Shown here in pieces: positions 23,740-36,303 of a DNA stretch of 64,000 nucleotides (positions within the stretch are counted from its first letter, which is position 1; each line of letters opens with the position of its first letter). The position numbers and the translations under genes are program-made. The DNA is taken from assembly GCF_030684315.1 (NCBI RefSeq), contig NC_081396.1:5704001-5768000 (forward strand). Direction: 5' to 3'. A model generated the notes under the pieces. It saw only the letters and a program-made list of their open reading frames with translations, was not told the origin of the DNA and did not search any database. The DNA comes from Stegostoma tigrinum (taxonomy: Eukaryota).

Positions 23740-26700
23740 GACTGGCATCAATGGCCACATTGAATAGGCACACATAATTAGGAGTGGCTAACACTGGGGG
23801 AGTGGTTAACACTGCTTTTGCGCTAACAAATATCTTCTGACCTTCGTCCATCCACTGAAATTTCCTGCATTTCTTCAACTATTCAGTCATTCAAGCACAG
23901 ACACTGTTAAAATTTGGTACAAACTTCCAATGACAACCACACAGTCCCAAGAATTGCTGTACTTCCTTCTTCGTCCATGGAAAGGGAAACTCCCCAATAA
24001 CATTTGTTTTCATATCCCGTGGGGCCATTTGCCCATTTCCAATTAAATGTTCCAGGAACGTGACCTGGACCTTTGCAAACTAACTCTTTGCCGGAATTTT
24101 CACCAAGTCTACCTCCCGAATTCGATTGAATAAGTCTAATAGATGCTCCAAATGGTCCTTTCATGTGTGACTAAAAGCTACAAGATCGTTGATGTACACC
24201 ACATATTTGGGAAATCCAGAAATGACTTTGTTAATTAGTGTTTGAAATGTGCTTGGCATATGTTAATACTAATTGGCATGTCTTTAAAATTGCACAGCCC
24301 ATTTGGTGTCACGAAAGCAGAAATAGCTTTCACTCTTTCAGCTAAACGTCTATGCCAGTATCCTCTAAGTTCAACTTAGAAACAAAAGTTTTTTGTCCCA
24401 CTTTCTCAATACAGGCTTTTAAAATTGGAATGGGATATGAATCAGATTTCAGAACTGCATTGATTTTGTGATAGTCCACAGACAATCGTTGTGTAGCATC
24501 CGGTTTTGGGACGGTTACTGTGGGTGAACATCATTAGATGCAATTCACTTTGATTAAGTTGTCTTCAAGAATGCGTCCAATCTCTTTTTCAGCCTATGCC
24601 AAGTTTAGCGTTCAATAGAAACAGTGTTTCTTCTATCTACATCATGCATAATTAGAGTCGTACTTCCCTGCTATACCCACATATCTGCCTATGTGTCAGC
24701 CTTTCAGGACATTTCGATTTTCGTCTGGAAGGTAACACAATTATTAATCCCAGTTTTTCAGAACTTTCTTGTTGTCAAATTTAATTTGAGGCATGTCCAA
24801 TTCAGAATCATAGGATCCCAAAGAGTGGAAACAGGCCTTTCGGACCAACAATTCCACACCGACTCTCAGACATCCCACCTAGACCAATCCCTCATAACTC
24901 AACTAATCAGCACATCCCTGAACATGATGGGCAATTTACCATGACCAATCCACCTAGCCAGCACATCCTTGGATTGTGGGACGAAACTCGAGCACCCAGG
25001 ACTTGGTTTTCTCTCTGTGTTGTGATCAGTAACATATTCTGCATTTGTTTACCTTCCCTATCAAAATACCTTTGAGCATATTCACATGACACGGTTTGTA
25101 AGATTTTTTCCAATGTGGCGTTCTCATTAAATAATTCGCCTCATTCAATCTCGTTTCAATTTGATAACGCTAACCAGACCTTACCTTCCAAAGTTCATCT
25201 GTGACTGGGATTAAGAGCAACCCCACGAGTAGAATTGCAAACTTGTGATTTCCTGCCAGCACGTGCTGTGATACTGTCAAATTCTCTCGAGCCACCTCAT
25301 TTGTTTTCGGTAATAGCACTTCTAACATTTGACATATGGCTCCAATGTGTAGTCTTTGAAATCTGACTCATCAAATTCTCCATAATTAATTTCAGTGGTC
25401 CTTTCACCTCATGCCAAACAACTAATTGAAATGGGCTGAATTTGGTCGATTCATCTTCTGCATCCCAATCCTCTGAACAGTCTTGACTGTAAGCCCTCAA
25501 CATTGTCTTTATATTTTGATGCCACTGTTCTAATTAGGACGGCATAGTGGCTCAGTGGTTAGCACTGCAGCCTCACAGCGCTGGGGACCCGCGTTCGACT
25601 CCAGCCTCTGCCAACTATCTGGGTGGAGTTTGCACATTCTCCCCGTGTCTGCGTGGGTGCCCTCCGGGTGCTCTCGTTTCTTCCCACCGTCCAAAGATGT
25701 GCAGGCTAGGTGGATTAGCAATGCTAAATTGCCCGTAGTTTTACAGGGTGTGTGGGTTATAGGGGTATGGGTCTGGGTGGGATGCTTCAAGGGGCAGTGT
25801 GGACTTGTTGGGCCAAAGGGCCTGTTTCCACACTGTAGGGAATCTAATCTAATGCTCCCTGCGATTCTAAATGGCACACAGTGGATTTAAATTATTTTAG
25901 TTCTCAGCTATCCATAATCTCCCTCAATAATTTTGATGTAAATTTTGACCCCTTGACCTGATTGTACCTCTGTGGGTAATCCGTTTCTGCTGAAGATTTT
26001 GAGTAACTCTGACACAATCCTTTTAGCTGTGATATTGTGCATCGGAATGGGCTCCAGAATTCCTGTAGATACTCCATTATTGTTAACAAATACTGATTGC
26101 CACTTCTCGTTTCTTGTCGAGGTCCTCTGCAATCCATTAAAACGCTTTAAAGAGGTTCCTCAAATGCTGGAAAGGTTACCAAAGGTGCTGATTTTATCAC
26201 TGCCTAATGTTTTCAAATTACCTGACACGTATGACATGTCTGTCAAAATTCAATTGCGTCCAATTGCAGACCAGCCCAGTAAAAATGCTTTTGCATTTTG
26301 CTTTGAGTTTTTCTTACCTAAATGACCTCCTCGTGGTATTTCATGTGCTGCTGGCAATACCTCCTTTCTGTAACTCATTGGTAAAACAACATGACGGACG
26401 CCTGTCCATGTCACACCTGCCTAGATATGCGATGGCCTCCATTACCTCATCAAGTTGCCAATTTTAAGATAGCAACATTCTGGAATATACTCAGATTCTT
26501 CTTATGCGCACTTTTTTGATGCATTTACTTCGGCTTTTCATCTTTCTGTTTTAACTCAGCTAATTTCTCTGAATAAAAAGAATCCCAAATTAGCCTCTAC
26601 TTGCAACAGAAACAGAAGTTGCTGGAAAAACTCAGCAGGTCTGGCAGCATCTGTGAAGAGAAATCAGTGGGAACGTTTCTAGTCCAGTGAACCTTCCTCA

Positions 26701-29388
26701 GAACAACTGCTTTTTTCTCTTCCTCAAACATTCGAGCAAACATGGTCTCTGATCATTTTACTTCTTATATTTATTATTTGATTTCTCCTCCTACTTTAAC
26801 CTGTAACTCTATGACATTGTAATCATGCAGTCAGGAATAATCCCAGCATATACCTTCTGTAATACCTCATTAGCCCGATTTTCCAATGGCTTTTCAATCA
26901 CGTAGGTAGCGTTCCTAACTGTTGCACAGCAGTATCAATACCAACTATCAACTGAATTCCTGGAGCTCAGAGTTTCTCCAACACTCCGACAAACACTGCT
27001 CTGCTTTTCAAAGAACATTCCAGCCTCACTTTACATAAAGGAGCACTTCTTGTCTCACCGTGAGTTCAAGTATGAGCAACTTTTCCGGAAATAGACCGTC
27101 TGAATTCCATATCTCCTCATCTCTCAACACCAAAGATTGACATTATCCTGTATCTCTTAAAACTCTAATTTCATTACCCACTTCTCCTGGCATATGTGAG
27201 CCAACCTTACCCTCGCAAGTAAATTGTTTAAGACAATCTGGAACTTTCTTCTCAATAAACCACCGATCACGTTGTACACTCCAATGCAAATTTTTAGCCT
27301 CCACTGTGCTTTCCTTTACCACTCCAACAAAATTGACTGGTTTATCCTGTTTTCCGACATCCATCCTTTTCTAAAAACGCCAACATTGCGACTTCATGTG
27401 GCCTACTTCATTGCATGGAAAACACCTGAGTTTTTTTTAACTTCTTTTTCGCCTTCATGGCTTTCCTTTTGATCCAATGGGTAACTATCATTATTATCTT
27501 GAATGAGATCCACATTTCCCTTACCATGTGAGGATTTCTCTTTTCCCCAATTTCTATGCCTCACAGATTGATATTTATGTCGGAAACCAAACTTTGAATG
27601 AGGAAACAATTTATAATCGTCAGCCATTTCAGTTGCTAATCTTGCGGTTTTGACTCTCTGCTCGTTCACTTTAGTTCTCACTCTTTCAGGAAGTGAATTT
27701 TTGAGTTATCGTTTACTCCAATTTTAATCACCTTATCAACGAATCAAAATTACTTTGTTTGATCCTTTCAAACTCAATCTATGTTTGACCAGGGTTCCTC
27801 CTTAGATACCTGAAACATTTTCTGTCGGCCTCTAACACGAGATCGTTTGTAATTAAAATGGCTTTCTTCATAGCCCCCAGATACCTCCTCTGGTAGCAAT
27901 GCAAATCATTATCTCTACTTCTCAAGTTTGTTTGGATCAACAAAATCCACGTGATCACCTGCCAACCCATTTGTTTAACCATCTTCACAAATGAAATTAC
28001 AAAGTCTTGTACACTCTTATCGTCAAATTTATACAATGATTGAACATATTTAAACAGATCCCCACCAGGTAGCTGGCGACGATAGGTTTGGTAACAGTCA
28101 GCCTAATTTTTAAATTCATACTTTCAAGTCGTCATTCCCGGCTGATTGCAAACTTTTGAAGTTCAAACCCTTTCTCTTTCTGCTATTCTTCTGTCAATTT
28201 CTCCTCTTCGTCGCTGAGGGCCTTCCTCTCCTTTCCTGTTTGTTCTGCCAGGGATATTTACTTTCCCATTTACTCTGCCAGGGTTAATCTTTAATTTTCT
28301 TTTTTATTCTGTCAGGGCTATTCATTCCATCTCTCTTTCTTCTGCATTTAATCGTCATTCAAAGTGTTTCGTTTCCTTTTCAGGTCCAAGCTACTTCATC
28401 TGCGATTGAATTCTAGACATTTCCAAGGATTCTGAAGATATTTCCAGCTATTTTACATGCTGACCTGTTGTTGTAATTATCTCCCATTTTCTCACAAAGA
28501 CAAAACCTTTTCTAGCTTGCCATCCAATTCTAACAATTTTCCCTTTCCCACTTTTCCATAGAAATCCAGAAGTCACTTCTTCCATCCCAAGAAAACTCTT
28601 GGTCACTCACAGAGCCATATTTGAAACTCCCGAATTCAACACCTGAAACAAAAGACACTAACATGGACGATTCCCCGCCATTGAGTCCAACAAACCTGAA
28701 ACAAAACTTGAAATATAGGACGAGATAGAGGACTAGTCTCCCGTTCACTATGCAGCAGTCCAGACCCCCTCAAAATATTTTAAGAAGGTTACCTGCATAC
28801 TAACTTTTCCTTATTTTGAAGGTAGAGTGAAGTGTGAGTTCCAGATGTGAGGCAACAGGTCAAGTCACTCGACGTTCACAAAAACACAATTTATTTAAAC
28901 ACTATATTTAATATACAAACAAAATAAATAGGGATTTAGAATAACTTAAGTATTGGAAAATTACATACCGTACCTATTAGCAATTAACGGCTCCAATATA
29001 ATAATAGCAACATTAACACAACACTTGGCAAAAAGGTAAATTCAGACCCAAATACTTACGTGCAGTTTCCCACTCCACGAGGGAACAACATGAAGAGAGA
29101 TTTCAGAGAAAGCTACGGTTAGTAAATATTTATTGAAGCTTGCAGGCCTTCTGGGACCCCAAAAGCCTCTACATGTCAAGGTAAAATAAACTAAAGAAAA
29201 AGATCCTGATCTGGGCAAACTTTGTTTGCCACTTCCATTGTTCCGTCTTTTTAAAAAAAAAACTCAAACGCCTCTTAAATTAGTGAATTAGGTGGCATCC
29301 AGCAGACGGATGAATATTTCGGTCTTTACAACCTGTCTTCAAAAAAAAACAAGTGTAAAATAACCTTTTAAAAGTGATAGCATTATGC
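23740..29388 (-). mobile_element. Degraded Gypsy LTR retrotransposon, Gmr1-like (LTR ~28745-29388, gag, PR, INT, RT)
   Basis: Minus-strand order: gag (27403-28036), protease LRDTG (27143-27364), integrase (25297-26340; SGNQYLLTIM, YSQD..W), then RT remnants (DSYPIP ~24440; ~24200-23740). Homologous to 4733-8880. Confidence 0.85.
25537..25852 (+). mobile_element. Full-length tRNA-derived HE1/V-type SINE nested in Gypsy integrase
   Basis: A box TGGCTCAGTGG, B box GTTCGACTCC, central GTGGAGTTTGCACATTCTCCCCGTGTCTGCGTGGG, CR1-like 3' end with TCTAA repeats. Confidence 0.85.
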
Positions 29389-31106
29389 GTGATCCAGAGA
29401 ATAGGTATGAGGCAGTGGATTCAGAGGTCAATCTTTCACAGCTCTGTTATAACAATCTACATCTTCTGATTTACGTTGGTAAAGACTCTTCCACACGGTC
29501 AGTAGTCACGTCTCACTGAACAACAACACCTTAAAGACTATAGTTTGAAAGTAAGAAAATGCCTCGGAGTTTCACAGGAAATAAGATCAAATTAAATCAT
29601 ATGACCAAAAGCTTGGTCAAAGTGGTCGGTTACAAGGATATTTCCGGAGGAAATTCCAGGTTTTAGTTTCCATGCACTGGAGGCACTGTCACCAATATTA
29701 CAATATTTAAAACAGGATTTAAAGTGCGTCTGGAATTGGCGTTTCATGTTTGTGCGTCCATAGCGCAAATTGCTGTGGATATTGGAGATCTGAGACGCTG
29801 ACACCGAAGTGTTGTCGAAATTTAGCAGCTCTGGCAACATCTGTCGAACAGGTCCCAAAGGAGAGTCGTTGAAATCGGAGCTGTAACTGTTTCTGTCACT
29901 GTGAATGCTGGCAGTGCTCCAAAACTTAATCATTCAATTAACATCTTGAAAGCTTATTCTTTATCGATAGGATACTAACTGAGCGCCACTCCAATCCTCC
30001 TGCTATGGACAGGGATTGACTTTAACAGACGTAAACTCCTCTGGGTATCGGTGTTCCACCCAGACCAAGTTATAACAGAGGTTTATGGAAAAGAACAAAA
30101 CTCAGCGACATTAAAATCTGATAAGAACAGACATCGGGATATTCACAGCAGGTCTCACACCATTGATAATGATAAAGTCTTAGAGATACTCCTTCACTCA
30201 GAACCAGCACTAACTGCTATTGCAGAGATGGAGATCAAAGGTGCTTCACAAACTGATTAGTGGAATGTTCGGATCGCCCGCAGAAGAGTCTCAGACTGTT
30301 TTCTTTACAGGTTAGACGAACAGGCAATAATCTCATTCAAACGTATAAAATCTTTCTAGCATTAAATTATGACAACAGTCAGAAAGAGCTGCTTTGTCTA
30401 AAAGTCTGTGAAAGTCTGTTGATTTGTAAACTATATAAGTTCACCGCAACATTCTCACTGGACTACATCATCTTGCGATCCGGTCCTCTGTTGCAATACA
30501 GAATGAAGCCATTGGATTTGAGTTTCAGTTTTCCTGATCAGATGTTTGACCGAGGTCCCGCTGATCTGCTCAGCGTTAAATAATCACTAGAACTGTTGAA
30601 TTAAAATGAGGACGTGGTGGAGCAAGGAGTAAAAGAATGTACTGTTGGGGATGGTGGAGTGGGGTTTGATTTTGGGTTCTCGAGCATCACACCTCCACGT
30701 TCTTTGCTCAACGCATCTCACCCAATGGAAACACGGAACGTGCGCCCACCTCATTTGTGCGTGGCCAAGGAGGGCTGCAGCGACTACTGAAAAAACATGT
30801 CCCTACATTCATCCCCACTCCCACTCCTGTGAATTGGGCCAATAAGGGAGGGGGTTGCATATCCAGATCATAGAGCTGATGAAGTGACATAAAACAACAG
30901 GTTTTAAACTCTTTAAACCTCTCGCTTATTCAGACAAGGCACGTCCAGAGACCCTGAATCCATTAGCCTATTAATCACCTCAAGGGTACTGCCACCTGCA
31001 AATCAATTCCATCCTTCTGCACCAGGTCAAGGCAGCTCACGACTCAGTCTCCCGGAGTATTTTGCCATTCCCATCACTAAAACCGACAACTCTCAGCACG
31101 GGAACA

Positions 31107-31583
31107 ATGGATGCACTCCTTTTTTTGATCCTATGTCTATGTTTTCCGAGTAAGTACTGATCACAGAAAACAACATTGTACAGAAGTAAAATGACATTGC
31201 TGGCTGCGCTCGTCCGAATCACAGACATGGCAGGGGGTTTTAACATCGTTGTGAGGGTCTCTTCTAATTCCCAATAAACTCTCTCTGTTTCATTTCCAGG
31301 TTATTTCGGTCAGTCAGTGACACAGAACCCGGCAGCGGTGACCAAGAAGGAGTGTCAGTCTGTCAGCATCAACTGTGTTTTCAATAGCCGTAATTCTTAC
31401 CATTATTTTAAGAGTGGAAGTTTCTTCAGAAAAACACGGGAAGCGACGGAATGGGAGCGGATCTCGGGCGATGGAAGATTTGTTGTGTCCGTGAATAAAG
31501 CACAAAAGGCATTTTCGTTGGAAATTCGGGATCTCAGAATTGAAGACACTGCCACATATTACTGCAAGGCTCAGTATTACAGA
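31107..31583 (+). CDS. NAR-TCR variable segment (VNAR-like NTCR V) with leader: join(31107..31149, 31300..31583)
   Basis: Leader MDALLFLILCLCFP with GTAAGT donor and TTTCCAG acceptor. Mature QSVTQNPAAVTKKECQSVSINC...WERISGDGRFVVSVNKAQKAFSLEIRDLRIEDTATYYCKAQYYR. Only 62 aa lie between the canonical Cys (CDR2 deleted), with an extra FR1 Cys and F at the Trp position. Confidence 0.9.
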
Positions 31584-31621
31584 CACAGTGATACGCCTTG
31601 ACTATTCATCGCTCAAAATCT
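31584..31621 (+). other. 23-type RSS of NAR-TCR V (22-nt spacer)
   Basis: CACAGTG + 22 nt + TCAAAATCT. Confidence 0.75.
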
Positions 31622-31973
31622 CTCACTGGAGATCATCACAAAAACAAACTGAAAACCGAATTAATTTGCCTGGAGATTCCCGGAGTTGTGCCTCGCAGTT
31701 CTGCTCTACAGTCCAATTTACAATGAGATTCGATAATTGTCAACAGCATCTTGAGTTTCACACGTCCCAAGTGTGTTCCTCTGGCGATGTCTTTCCCGGG
31801 ATTAATGCCGATCAATGCAAATTAAGAAAGACTGATCACAATTATAAGGATGCACACATGAACTGGGATCTTTTTTGAACAACTGGAATCCAGAACTACA
31901 GTCCAGCTGTTTCGGGAACGTCCACACATGTGACTCAGTCCTCGCAAGATTTACACGGGTTTGTCACATCGTG

Positions 31974-31989
31974 TAATATTGGGGAGATA
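31974..31989 (+). other. NAR-TCR D segment (TAATATTGGGGAGATA) flanked by 12-type RSSs
   Basis: 5' heptamer CATCGTG (31967-31973) and 3' heptamer CACAGTG (31990-31996); G-rich core like TCR delta D segments; lies between V and J. Nonamers are degenerate. Confidence 0.72.
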
Positions 31990-32333
31990 CACAGTGAAAG
32001 TGGCCGACGAAATTACTCTATATAAATAAAACACAAATTCTCCAACCCCTGTAGTCAATTGCAGGTGCGAAGTACCCTTTGTTGCATTGTGGGTTAATTT
32101 ATTTTTTACTGTCCAGCAATAAATATTGTTTCCTTTTTTCAGATTCTCCTCCATTTGTGTGAAATGGACATCTGCCTCCTGTACTGGTGCACGATTTGCC
32201 ATAAGTTTAGGAGAGGAGATTGAATCACGGGAAACTTGGAAAAGTAGGATATTGGTGATTTATCTCAATCTCCGGAATAAATTAACTAATCAGCCCGCGT
32301 AAAGATGATTTCTCATCTCTTTAAGGTAGCACT

Positions 32334-32372
32334 GGTTTTTGTCCAGGGGATAGCGAGAGGAGCATGACTGTG
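32334..32372 (+). other. 23-RSS of NAR-TCR J
   Basis: GGTTTTTGT (perfect nonamer) + 23 nt + GACTGTG. Confidence 0.9.
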
Positions 32373-32422
32373 ATAAGATTACTATGTAGATGGATCCGGG
32401 TCGGTGCTGAATGTCATAGCTG
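32373..32422 (+). CDS. NAR-TCR J segment (DYYVDGSGSVLNVIA)
   Basis: Follows a 23-RSS; NAR-type xGxG motif; ends at a phase-1 GTAAGT donor that splices in frame to 36304. Confidence 0.88.
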
Positions 32423-33469
32423 GTAAGTGACAATGCACTCCGCCTTTCTATATACTGGGCAGGTGAATGGTCAGTTTAGTATTGTACCCTTTATTTGCAA
32501 CAAAATTCAAACAAGCAATTTCGGAGAAATCATTCACATTGTAGTGCTCATATTGGCAGCGGAATACGGGAGTCTGGTCAAAGCTTGCAGGCATAAGTCT
32601 ATGAAACGGAGTCACGAGTCGACTGTTTCACTGCACATGTAGCATTATAAGTCTAATAGGTCAACAGCGTGGTACCATCACCATTGGTGAATTCTGGTTT
32701 CAATGTGTGGACAGTGACAACAACCCGGACTCCACTCTAGGAGTTAACTGTGAACAAAGTAGCTCAGTCTATCACTTAGGTCAGAGCAGTGGCATCGTGG
32801 AGCTCTGTACCGGGCAGACATTGAACTCCAAGTCAGGATGCCGGACGAGAAAAGCATTTGCCTCACAAAAAACTTGGACGCATCACTAAGCGAACATAAG
32901 TATATGAGATCCGGCTGTGTCTCAAGATGAATTTTACTCATTGGCGAATCAATGAGACAAATGATCGAATTGCCATTTTTTCAACTGTTTTCACATGTAT
33001 GCCTTCATAAAACTAATGACATTTCTAACTTTCCGGCTTCAGGCTTGGATGTGAAACTGTAGGTATGTTGATTTTTAAACGTAGACGTTTCGAGACATCG
33101 GCTTACTGCAATTTAGCTGTTAAAGGGATCCAATGCAAATTGAAAGAATGCTCATTTAAAACAAGCAAGTTAAAAAACATCAAAAGGAATATATGACAAT
33201 TTCTGGGCCATCGATGAAAGTACAAGTTCTCACCAGGCTGTTTCGTGAGCTCTGAGGAGGGAAGGACTGGACTGGTGGGTAAAAGTTTGATCTCCTTCGT
33301 TGAGGACAAATCCGTTTGTTTTGCAGCAAGTGCAGGTCGGATTCATCATGCAATCTCTTGAGATAACGTCATTCTCCTTTGTTCAGCGATTGTGACGCCT
33401 GAGCTGATTTTCCTACTGTTTAGAAGAAGGATAAGTGATCTAATTTGAATACAATTGTTAAGGAATAGC

Positions 33470-34565
33470 TAATAGCTAAGGGGAACTTAGCTGCTTGGAT
33501 ACAGAATTGGCTGGCCAACAGAAGACAGCGAGTGGTAGTAGAAGGAAAATATTCTGCCTGGAAGTCAGTGGTGAGTGGGGTTCCACAGGGCTCTGTCCTT
33601 GGGCCTCTACTGTTTGTAATTTTTATTAATGACTTGGACGAGGGAATTGAAGGATGGGTCAGCAAGTTTGCAGACGACACAAAGGTCGGAGGTGTCGTTG
33701 ACAGTGTAGAGGGCTGTTGTAGGCTGCAGCGGGACATTGACAGGATGCAGAGATGGGCTGAGAGGTGGCAGATGGAGTTCAACCTGGATAAATGCGAGGT
33801 GATGCATTTTGGAAGGTCGAATTTGAAAGCTGAGTACAGGATTAAGGATAGGATTCTTGGCAGCGTGGAGGAACAGAGGGATCTTGGTGTGCAGATACAT
33901 AGATCCCTTAAAATGGCCACCCAAGTGGACAGGGTTGTTAAGAAAGCATATGGTGTTTTGGCTTTCATTAACAGGGGGATTGAGTTTAAGAGTCGTGAGA
34001 TCTTGTTGCAGCTCTATAAAACTTTGGTTAGACCGCACTTGGAATACTGCGTCCAGTTCTGGGCGCCCTATTATAGGAAAGATGTGGATGCTTTGGAGAG
34101 GGTTCAGAGGAGGTTTACCAGGATGCTGCCTGGACTGGAGGGCTTATCTTATGAAGAGAGGTTGACTGAGCTCGGTCTCTTTTCATTGGAGAAAAGGAGG
34201 AGGAGAGGGGACCTAATTGAGGTATACAAGATAATGAGAGGCATAGATAGAGTCGATAGCCAGAGACTATTTCCCAGGGCAGAAATGGCTAGCACGAGGG
34301 GTCATAGTTTTAAGCTGGTTGGTGGAAAGTATAGAGGGGATGTCAGAGGCAGGTTCTTTACGCAGAGAGTTGTGAGAGCATGGAATGCGTTGCCAGCAGC
34401 AGTTGTGGAAGCAAGGTCATTGGGGTCATTTAAGAGACTGCTGGACATGCATATGGTCACAGAAATTTGAGGGTGCATCCATGAGGATCAATGGTCGGCA
34501 CAACATTGTGGGCTGAAGGGCCTGTTCTGTGCTGTACTGTTCTATGTTCTATGTTCTATGTTCTA
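33470..34565 (+). mobile_element. CR1 LINE, 5'-truncated, uninterrupted RT C-terminal ORF
   Basis: ORF 33532-34470 with SGVPQGSVLGP, KFADDTK and RPHLEYC; (TTCTATG)n tail. Confidence 0.95.
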
Positions 34566-35559
34566 TTAAATGGAATTTAAGCCATCCTAAAAAGTCCACA
34601 CAGTGGTCATCGTTTGAAATAAAGACATCAGTAATTAGAACTGTGAAGACATGAATAACTTAGCCAAGCCATTGACTTCAGCCTGTGGCATTCTGTATGT
34701 CAGAAAACAGTGGAGGGTCAAAGCTTAACTGTTTTCGCCTGCTCTCTTTCTCTGTTGATGAAAGAAGTACAGGACTTCATGGAAATCTTATGTATCATGA
34801 TGTAGCAAATAGAATGAGTGAGACAGAGCCAAGAGCAATGAACCATTAATGCCGTTTTCTCCATACCAGAACAAATCAAGGCATGTAGGCGGAGGAGAAC
34901 ACAAAATGAGTAATGGAATGTGAAACTTGCAACAAAAGTGATTTGAGCACTTTGTACTGAGTCTTGAAGGTTTTGAAAATATACCGACATAGTGTACTGG
35001 ATGGACAATATAAATTAAACTTCAGATTGGGGTGGGCATACCACTGGAGCTGAATGACCTGATACTTATCTAAATATCCAATGCAAAACTTTAAAAAAAA
35101 CACACTCCACCCAGAGGACCCAGAAGAAAGTAAATCGATTCAATGGTTTGAAACTGAGGGAGAGCTAGAGGGGAGATCCCACCAGTAACAGCAAACCCAC
35201 CGCCTCCCCCGTCCCGAAGAAACAGTACAGACTGAAAGCAAGCGATGTCTAAGTGATGCTGACGCAAATTACCACGATTGCAAGAAAAGAAAAAAAGCAC
35301 AAAGAAAAAGCAGAAATGAAATGATACTAATTCAAAATATTTCACATTGTGGGTAAACGGAGAAGATAGTGATCCTACTTGGAAGTCAGATATAGGCAGA
35401 TCAAAAGTCAGGTAGAATCTCCTGTACAGAAGTAAACTGCTTTAAAAAATCTTGAGCTAATCGGTGCTGGTCAAAAGCACCGTTTAAATTGGATCTTGCA
35501 GTGCATATTGGCACAACACAGTTGGGTAACTTTTGCACGGTTACTTATGGAAATTGATC

Positions 35560-35830
35560 ACAAAGTGATCGTGTCACACAGCACGGAAACACACCCTTTC
35601 ATCCAAATGGTCCAGGCAGGCCAGGTTTACCAAACTGAAGTAATCCCATTTCCCTGTGTTTGGCCCATGTCCATCCAAACATTTCCTCTTCATGTACTTG
35701 TCTACTTGCCTTATTTTTAACCGCACCCAACTGTAACACTTCCGCTGGCAGTTCATTCCATATATGCAACCTGTGTGAAAGCAATGCTACGCGGGAACAT
35801 TTTAAATCTCACTACTTTCAATTTAAAAAT
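35560..35830 (-). mobile_element. CR1 LINE 3' fragment (degraded)
   Basis: Minus translation IWNELPAEV; CR1-type 3' UTR. Confidence 0.6.
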
Positions 35831-36303
35831 ATGCCCTCCTTGTTTGAAGGTTAGTATAAGATATTGCCTCGGGCTTGCCTATCAACAAAATAAATAGTTG
35901 CCGAAATATAACATACATCACAGAACTTACACGATAGCATTGAGCCCCACGTGTGGTTATTGTTTTCCCCAGAGTTCTTTGCAATTGTTCCCCGGTCCTT
36001 CTGCTCTCCCCATAGCCCTGTACTTTCTCCCCGAATCTACTACTGTCGATCAACCATTTAAAAGTCGCTGTCAAATCAATATTGTCCACGAGTTTTGGCA
36101 ATGTTTTGTACATTATAAGAAGAAAATATATGAAAGAAACTATCACCTCATTCGTTCATATTTCTATAAAAGAAAATAGATTCAAATGGATGATTCAAAT
36201 TCAATAAAATGATTTGCCACAAAAGCAGAATAATTTCGGAGGTTTACAATTTCTCCCTGTAAGAGACGTTGGATAAGTAATGATGTCGAATATTATCCTA
36301 CAG

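Noticed and set aside
25537-25612. tRNA-like A/B boxes
   Set aside because: SINE head continuing into a SINE body, not a tRNA gene.
33420-34165. Long antisense and alternative-frame ORFs over CR1 (also 38924-39391, 51174-51746, 51379-51726)
   Set aside because: Shadows of the LINE RT frame; no independent gene signals.
34876-35200. C...LQWY spacing suggestive of an Ig domain within the NAR-TCR intron
   Set aside because: No second Cys motif, splice sites or RSS.
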